This document shows positions 8,201 through 11,865 of a stretch of DNA of 11,865 nt, piece after piece; position 1 is the stretch's first letter; each line of letters opens with the position of its first letter. The stretch comes from Chthoniobacteraceae bacterium (lineage in GTDB: Bacteria; Verrucomicrobiota; Verrucomicrobiia; Chthoniobacterales; Chthoniobacteraceae). The stretch is from the NCBI GenBank assembly GCA_040081625.1, contig JBEBGD010000142.1:1-11865 (forward strand), given 5' to 3'. Made by a program: the position numbers and the translations under genes. A model generated the notes under the pieces. It searched no databases. It worked only from the letters and a program-made list of their open reading frames with translations, and was not told the origin of the DNA.

Positions 8201-9819
8201 CCTTCGCAGTCTCCGCAACCGACGACAACGATACCTCCCCGTATCTGTTCATCCAGCCTGCAAGCGGCAGCCTTTTCCCGGAAGGCGCGACCGAAGTGTT
8301 CGTGTCGGCCACCGATGACGCGGGGAATGTGTCCACGGACAGCTTCACCGTGACAGTCGTCGCCGGCAACGCCGTCGAGAATCTGCCGGTGGTGAAGCTC
8401 ACGTCGCCTGCGGTGAGCACCGTGACCGGTGTCTTCGACATCGAGGGCACCGTAAAGGAGAAAGCCGGGCTCGCGTCGTTCACCGTGACGTTCAACGGGG
8501 TCGAGCAGAACCTGACGACCGACCCACTCGCATTTTTCGTTTCGAATACGGACATGGCCTTCGGCGTGGCCGGGGTAATTCCCGAGAACGGCCCGAACAA
8601 GATCGTCGTCACGGCGGTGAACGTCTATGGCCGGACCACGACCGTAATGAAGACGGTGAACTTTTCGAACACCGCGCTGGCGAATCTCGCCGGGACCTAC
8701 CAGGCGCTGCTCGTGCCCACCAGCACGCCGGACCTCGACACCACCGGGCTGATCGCGGTGACGGTGACGGCGTCGGGCACGTTCACCGGCAAGGCGACGC
8801 TGAGCGGCGTGGCGGTGAGCTTCAGCGGCGTGCTCGACAACGATGGCAACGCGCGCTTCAAGCCCGCGCTCGGTCCGACGGTCGATCTGATCGACACGAC
8901 CGAACTCGACAGCTACCTCGGAGCGCTCGCCTTCACCATCGCGACGCCTGGTGGAATGACCGGCACGCTTTCCAACGAAGCCGCGGACGGCGCCACGCTC
9001 CTCGCCACCTTCGCCGGCAAAGTCGCGCCCTACAATTCATCGAACCTGGTGCCCGCGGAGTTCCTGACCGGCACCGGCACGGCCAGATACACCGTCGCCT
9101 TACCCTCAAAGGGCCAGACGCCCGCGCTGGCGCTGGACCGTTATCCGCAGGGCGACGGATTCGTGGCGCTCACGTTGAGCACTGCGGGCAACATCGTGCT
9201 CACGGGCTTCCTCGCCGACGGAACGGCTTGCGCCGTCGCCGGCAAGCTGCGCGCGGACGGGACGGCGGTATTCTTCCGCCAGCTCTATCGCAAGCTCGGC
9301 TGCCTCGGCGGTGAGTTGTCCTTTGCGGACAACCCGGACAGCGACGTCTCCGGCACCGACCTGCTCTGGCTGCGTCCGGCGCTACGCCGCGCGCACTTCT
9401 ATCCGGAAGGCTGGGACGGTCTCCGCGTGGACGCGGTCGGCACGAAGTATGTGAATCCGGCCTCGTTCGACTTCGGCCAGGGCGTGGAGAACACGGTCGC
9501 CGGCAACGCGCTGCTGCGCTTCACCGAAGGCCTGCTCAGCAGCGAGGTGCAGGCGCCAGTGAGCGTCCGTCCCACCAACGGAGCAGTGAAGCTGATCCCC
9601 ACCAACGGCGTGAGCTACCAATTCAGTCTCGCGACCGGCAGCGGCACCTTTAGCGGCAGCTTCACGCCCACCGACGGCAGGGCAACGAACTACCGCGGCA
9701 TCCTGCTCAACAAAGGCGCGAACAAAGGCGGCTTCGGCTACTTCCGCAGCACGCCCGTGCTGCGGATCGGCGAGACCGGCCAGAGCGGCCACGTTTTCCT
9801 CGATCCGGACAGGCCGTAA
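2224..9819 (+). CDS. Giant secreted multidomain surface/adhesin-like protein (~2531 aa)
   Basis: The frame is open from 2032. The likely start is ATG 2224 (or 2233/2251), giving a signal peptide ending AVA|SEF. Approximate domains by motif: unknown 2314-2960; IPT/TIG 2962-3195; NHL propeller (AGSGTAGFSGDGGPA) 3205-4190; FN3-like 4207-4497; Big_9-like 4498-4770; HYR x2 4771-5247; unknown 5260-5800; ASH/choice-of-anchor D-like Ig 5803-6140; cadherin 6145-6460; RCC1 repeats (WGxNxxGQLG) 6475-7510; Ig-like 7525-8125; HYR 8125-8365; Ig 8380-8670; beta-rich C-terminal domain 8680-9816. Confidence 0.92.
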   Translation: MKTMHSFITMLGQPACAALLALTFVTDAVASEFSVYGGHAHTAGSCASFEPVSSTGAHSANASRMWFVEDVPVVGNLGGSFSSSASPGGLYSRVQCFDDRNRGNTYCVQIRGEARMTLTNVVFTNPEGVTGPQTIPVSFSANLRAQTSGNGSYSVTGTLPVISTSPVGTSPNLYRVESDEATFTTGVPYTFEFVVSTHSSAESLVGTTHYSSSSAQLTFGLGETVFNVPPGYNVTASGFIEGNRFVAPAITAVVPGVGPEGRVVVIQGANLGTATSVTFNGVPATVTANSDTEITTTVPVGATTGPIAVTTASGTAESPEPFVVSPLNAVIDTIAGSGTAGFSGDGGPALAAALGAISSSAVGPDGSVYFVDSNGLRIRRVDPAGNISTFAGTGNFSFSSAPDNTVATEASFRGIGGIAFDPVHIRLYLTDSSNNRVRFVNEFGRLWTLAGNGSSFSSGDGGPGPAAGVARPAGIAVDSSSNVYIVESFGSAVRKVAVAPNGDTVISTIASGLSSPSRVTADAAGNAFIVERVSSEPVRYIVRRVDALTQALTTVAGGGTDAPVSGPATSALLSDVADIAVKPEGTTLYLNDHDRLLAVDLASGLISVFAGDTYGFAGDGGPAILAKFARPSGLSAASGDRLFVSDSENYRVRRIGPPLGVAPTVTLAAATGITAAGATLHGTVNPGGLATTAQFQYGIATNYGTAAAVTLSPADGTSDQTVSAVLTGLAAHTEYHFRLTATNSAGTANSADGTFMTTNTPPSAPDAAVSATTGDQQTITLPFPATDADGDAVTMTSVTPGAHLTVNSTSGAEVTFTPAADYAGPATLDYEVSDGFGGTDAGTIAVTISDNDAPVIASHAEVIAEATSAAGARVNYAAAAASDNIGVASLTYSKASGAIFPRGTTTVTITAADAANNTSTGTFTVTVQDTTPPAITPPANVMVPATISTGAVVHYAPATAFDAVGVTTLTYSRNSGTGFPIGTTTVTITARDAANNTGTGTFTVTVTPYSGTAVSAMMYSPVVPPSGNDVGGFATAYRTAEEVFGEYPGAGSTVLIKDAVLQLYYLDSLAQEGPNEHARFLSSEFRGLMSINGGPDTPFSASGPVETLTMGKAGNTTGTFETEMRSMSLSGGSLMIRESPTLPSLGMTAITDMGGGQFRVESFFDVFTELSVDGGATWMPSNGPTRIQFQQLAVPRIVVEQPSGTVRTNGSSVAFVGSNADLVFTVRNTGLASLNLTGTPERVTIGGADAAQFSVTVQPAATVDGLDSTTFTVRFTPSSPGLKTAALYVFSDDPNVSLFTLTLTGQTNAAPSAITFADNVSSLLEDTNTASAIKVADIVVTDDGFGTNTLSLSGADAARFSIVGSELFLKAGTVLDFETRSIFVVSVDADDPTIAGTPDAGAVFSLSINDVAEAGKEMLGVGSNGNGSLGVGRGTPYSDVLAAVPLGGTRLVEVAAGSSSGIGRSASGGLFAWGRSSAALFGTATGDPTAPTPVLMTGALEGRTAVAVAASISSFYAVLDNGRVVAWGSNGSGQLGNNTTTASVTPVEIHNLSDVVAISAGGGRPLALKGDGTVVIWGGGVSASAIVPAAVSGLSNVSAVAASSAHRLALMADGTVRAWGANSKGQLGINSTAASQASPALVAGLSSVTQIAAGAEHSVALRDDGTVWTWGAGDKGQLGDGLGQMSRAPVQVPGIAGAVEIAANGGHTLVRLADGSVRAFGNNTNGELGDGTKLNRFSPVAVGGIANCTAIDGATDKSFFLTEDGSTGAPTLIAPAAASTFASSLAVNFTLPEPAGSGTVKLIFDGPANVTVTLASARETAGSHRFSLNPDSLSSSSSVASSVGGNNLPQGIYNVTLSYQDVAGNTAATSVATDVLIDSVAPVGGVLRILPKSMASPATPVTLVASGWTDVTPPLSYRFFLNAVPLGDAQPGATFSMSPLSAGSYVARVEVADALGNASVKFATLIVDDEAPVISVPDPITVVATGPTGANVTFAVSATDDNDTSPYLFIQPASGSLFPEGATEVFVSATDDAGNVSTDSFTVTVVAGNAVENLPVVKLTSPAVSTVTGVFDIEGTVKEKAGLASFTVTFNGVEQNLTTDPLAFFVSNTDMAFGVAGVIPENGPNKIVVTAVNVYGRTTTVMKTVNFSNTALANLAGTYQALLVPTSTPDLDTTGLIAVTVTASGTFTGKATLSGVAVSFSGVLDNDGNARFKPALGPTVDLIDTTELDSYLGALAFTIATPGGMTGTLSNEAADGATLLATFAGKVAPYNSSNLVPAEFLTGTGTARYTVALPSKGQTPALALDRYPQGDGFVALTLSTAGNIVLTGFLADGTACAVAGKLRADGTAVFFRQLYRKLGCLGGELSFADNPDSDVSGTDLLWLRPALRRAHFYPEGWDGLRVDAVGTKYVNPASFDFGQGVENTVAGNALLRFTEGLLSSEVQAPVSVRPTNGAVKLIPTNGVSYQFSLATGSGTFSGSFTPTDGRATNYRGILLNKGANKGGFGYFRSTPVLRIGETGQSGHVFLDPDRP
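4771..5247 (+). repeat. Tandem duplicated HYR-domain coding units, 237-bp period
   Basis: ggcacgacgacggtgacgatcaccgc occurs identically at 4930 and 5167, and high similarity continues to the unit ends (GTTTVTITAxDAANNTxTGTFTVTV). Confidence 0.85.
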
Positions 9820-9870
9820 AGCGGGTGGGCGTCATTGGAAGATCGCTTCCCCTCGGCGGCGTGTTCTGCC

Positions 9871-9876
9871 TACGAT
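9871..9876 (+). promoter_or_regulatory. Candidate -10 box of a leaderless transcript
   Basis: TACGAT is followed by 7 nt and then ATG 9884. There is no Shine-Dalgarno sequence. Confidence 0.45.
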
Positions 9877-9883
9877 CGCGCGT

Positions 9884-10816
9884 ATGACCCGCCTCCTCGC
9901 GCTGCTCCCGCTCGTCGCCACCGCCTTCGCGCTCCAGCGCCCCGGCGATCTTGCGGGCGATCTTTCGCTGCACAAGCTGCTGGTCGATGGCGAAGGCTGG
10001 CAGCTCGTCGCGGAGGGGCTCGGGTTTGCTGACGGGCCGAACACGGACGCGGAGGGGAACTTTTATTTCAGCGACATGAAGGCGCCGGCGATTTTCAAGG
10101 TCGCGCTCGATGGGACGAAGACGACGCTGCTCGACGAGCTGGCGAGCGGGCTGAAGTTTGGGCCGGATGGGCGGCTTTATGCGTGTCAGGGCGCGAAGAA
10201 GCGAATCATCGCGATCGATCTCGCGACGAAGGCCGTCGAGGTGATCGCGGAGGATGTGCAGCCGAACGATCTCGTGATCTCTCGCGCTGGGCGGATCTAT
10301 TTCACCGAGACGGGAAAGAAGCAGGTGACGCTCGTGGAGCTGAAAACCAAGGCGGTGAGCGCGGCGGATACGGGCATCACGGCGCCGAATGGCATCACGC
10401 TCTCGCCCGATCAGGGCACGCTCGCGGTGAGCGATCATCGCGGCGCGAATGTGTGGACCTTTCGTGTCGAGGCCGACGGCAAGCTCAGCGCGAAGGCACC
10501 GACGATGACAATGCGCCGGCCGATCGATCCCAAGGCCGAGTCTCAGCGTGCGGAACCGCCGCCGATGCTCGCGGCGTCCGGCGGCGATGGGATGATCAGC
10601 GACGAGCAGGGCCGCTTCTACGTGGCGACGACGCTCGGGGTGCAGATCTTTGACGCGACAGGGCGCGAGTGCGGGCTGCTGCCAAAGCCGCAGGCGGACA
10701 AGCCGCTGACGAGTTGCGCGCTCGCGGGGCCGGGGCGCGCGTATCTTTACATCACGAATGGCGACCGGATCTACCGGCGCAAGGTGCAGGCCGTCGGCTC
10801 CTTCTTTGCGAAATGA
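9884..10816 (+). CDS. SMP-30/gluconolactonase/LRE family protein, secreted
   Basis: Signal peptide MTRLLALLPLVATAFA. Family motifs GLGFADGP...GNFYFSD, PNDL...GRIYFT, PNGITLSPDQ, DGMISDEQGRFYVAT..GVQIFD, and LYIT, consistent with a six-blade propeller. Confidence 0.92.
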   Translation: MTRLLALLPLVATAFALQRPGDLAGDLSLHKLLVDGEGWQLVAEGLGFADGPNTDAEGNFYFSDMKAPAIFKVALDGTKTTLLDELASGLKFGPDGRLYACQGAKKRIIAIDLATKAVEVIAEDVQPNDLVISRAGRIYFTETGKKQVTLVELKTKAVSAADTGITAPNGITLSPDQGTLAVSDHRGANVWTFRVEADGKLSAKAPTMTMRRPIDPKAESQRAEPPPMLAASGGDGMISDEQGRFYVATTLGVQIFDATGRECGLLPKPQADKPLTSCALAGPGRAYLYITNGDRIYRRKVQAVGSFFAK

Positions 10817-11801
10817 CGAGCGCTGCCGCGGCGAGCAGCATCGCGGTTGATGGCTCGGGCACGGTCGCGTAGCCGATGTCGCGGAGGATGGCGAGGTCGA
10901 GCTGGGTGAGCACCTTTCGCGTGCCGACGGTGAGGGTCGGGTCCATCGCGGCTTCCTGCATCCCGCCGCCGTCCTGCCGGAAGCTCATCACGCCTTCGGC
11001 GATGTGGCCGCTGGCTGCGACGAGGTTGGTGCCGCTGCCGGCGATCGCGATTGCATTCGCGCCGGTCCACGTCGTGCCGCTGCGCTTGGCGCTCCAAGTA
11101 TCGGAGGTGCCGAATCCGATCGCGTGCATGATCTCGTGCAGCGCGACGGAATAGAAATCGGACGTGCCGCTAGGGACCGTGCCGGTGGCGTTGAAGTTCC
11201 AGTTCGTGTCGATGTCGAAGGAGATCGCGCCGATCATCGCGCCATAGTTGAGCGAGTAGGGAGCCGTTCCGCCGCCGGTGTTGAAACTGCCGCTGACGTC
11301 GCCGATGACCGGTCCGCCGCCGCGCTGCATCATCGAGTTGGATGCGGCCGCGGCGTTGTTGAACGCCGTCACACGTCCGGCTGCGGTGCCGCCCGCGCCG
11401 AATGCGACGGCCACGCCGCCGGGCCCGCCGACGCCGAGCGTGCTGCCGAGCTGGCGCATGCCGACGAATAATCTCACCGTCTCCGCCGCGAACGTGAAGG
11501 TGTTCAGCGTCACGGTCGAAGTCGTGACGGGGTTGTCGAAATCCAGCGCCCAGTCGATCGAGGCCGTTCCGCCGCCGCTCGCGCCGTTGAACACATCGGT
11601 TGTCACCGCTGCGAGCGACGGGAGGATGGCCGCGCCCAGGTCGGTCGCTGCCTTTTCGAGTGCGGCTCGTGCGACCGCGTTGCTACCGAAGAAGTTCCCG
11701 CCGTCGGCGACGTCGTAGGTGTAGTCGAGCTGGATGATGAGCGCGCGTGCCGCCGCGACCGATGCGAGCAGGGCGAGACAGGTAAGGCGGGCCATTTTCA
11801 T
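10752..11801 (-). CDS. PEP-CTERM-anchored zinc metalloprotease (zincin, HExxH)
   Basis: Signal peptide MKMARLTCLALLASVAAARA (start 11801 or 11795, GGGAG upstream). ALHEIMHAIGF with HEIMH at 11138-11124. C-terminal VPEP (10862-10851) followed by a hydrophobic helix and QRRSRR. Confidence 0.9.
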   Translation of the reverse strand: MKMARLTCLALLASVAAARALIIQLDYTYDVADGGNFFGSNAVARAALEKAATDLGAAILPSLAAVTTDVFNGASGGGTASIDWALDFDNPVTTSTVTLNTFTFAAETVRLFVGMRQLGSTLGVGGPGGVAVAFGAGGTAAGRVTAFNNAAAASNSMMQRGGGPVIGDVSGSFNTGGGTAPYSLNYGAMIGAISFDIDTNWNFNATGTVPSGTSDFYSVALHEIMHAIGFGTSDTWSAKRSGTTWTGANAIAIAGSGTNLVAASGHIAEGVMSFRQDGGGMQEAAMDPTLTVGTRKVLTQLDLAILRDIGYATVPEPSTAMLLAAAALVISQRRSRRPAPCAGRSGRHS

Positions 11802-11830
11802 CCGCTCCCGATATAGCACGCGGAGGGCCG

Positions 11831-11865
11831 TGGGTTTTGGGTTTCGAGTTTCGAGTCTCGGGGTG
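11831..11865. repeat. 7-bp tandem tract related to the arms of the 1382-1531 element, cut by the window end
   Basis: tgggttt-tgggttt-cgagttt-cgagtct-cggggtg resembles the cgagctt/tgagttt units at 1502-1529. Confidence 0.65.

Noticed and set aside
2239..9792. Numerous alternative-frame and antisense ORFs inside the giant gene
   Set aside because: These are expected shadows of high-GC coding DNA. The main frame has coherent domains throughout.
9837..9850. Intrinsic terminator after the giant gene (ggaag-atcg-cttcc)
   Set aside because: The stem is only 5 bp and has no U-tract.

Overview
GC-rich bacterial DNA. The PEP-CTERM gene, non-SD A/C-rich translation starts and C-terminal domain style of the giant protein suggest Verrucomicrobiota (inference). 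From left to right: (1) the 3' end of a gene resembling a verrucomicrobial ECF sigma factor, whose stop codon overlaps a four-unit GTAG REP/REPIN hairpin; (2) an unexplained ~1.75 kb module made of a degenerate 21-bp tandem array with internally palindromic units, a gene for a helical plus FN3-like protein with N-terminal (L/A)TWN heptads, a 150-bp palindrome built from 7-bp repeats, and a small collagen-like fibre gene; (3) a ~2530-aa secreted multidomain surface protein (IPT/TIG, NHL, FN3-like, Ig/cadherin, HYR, RCC1); (4) a secreted SMP-30/gluconolactonase-family gene; (5) a convergent, overlapping PEP-CTERM zinc metalloprotease gene with a second 7-bp repeat tract upstream. The most novel-looking element is the 238-2001 module. 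All family calls come from manual motif recognition; no searches were run.
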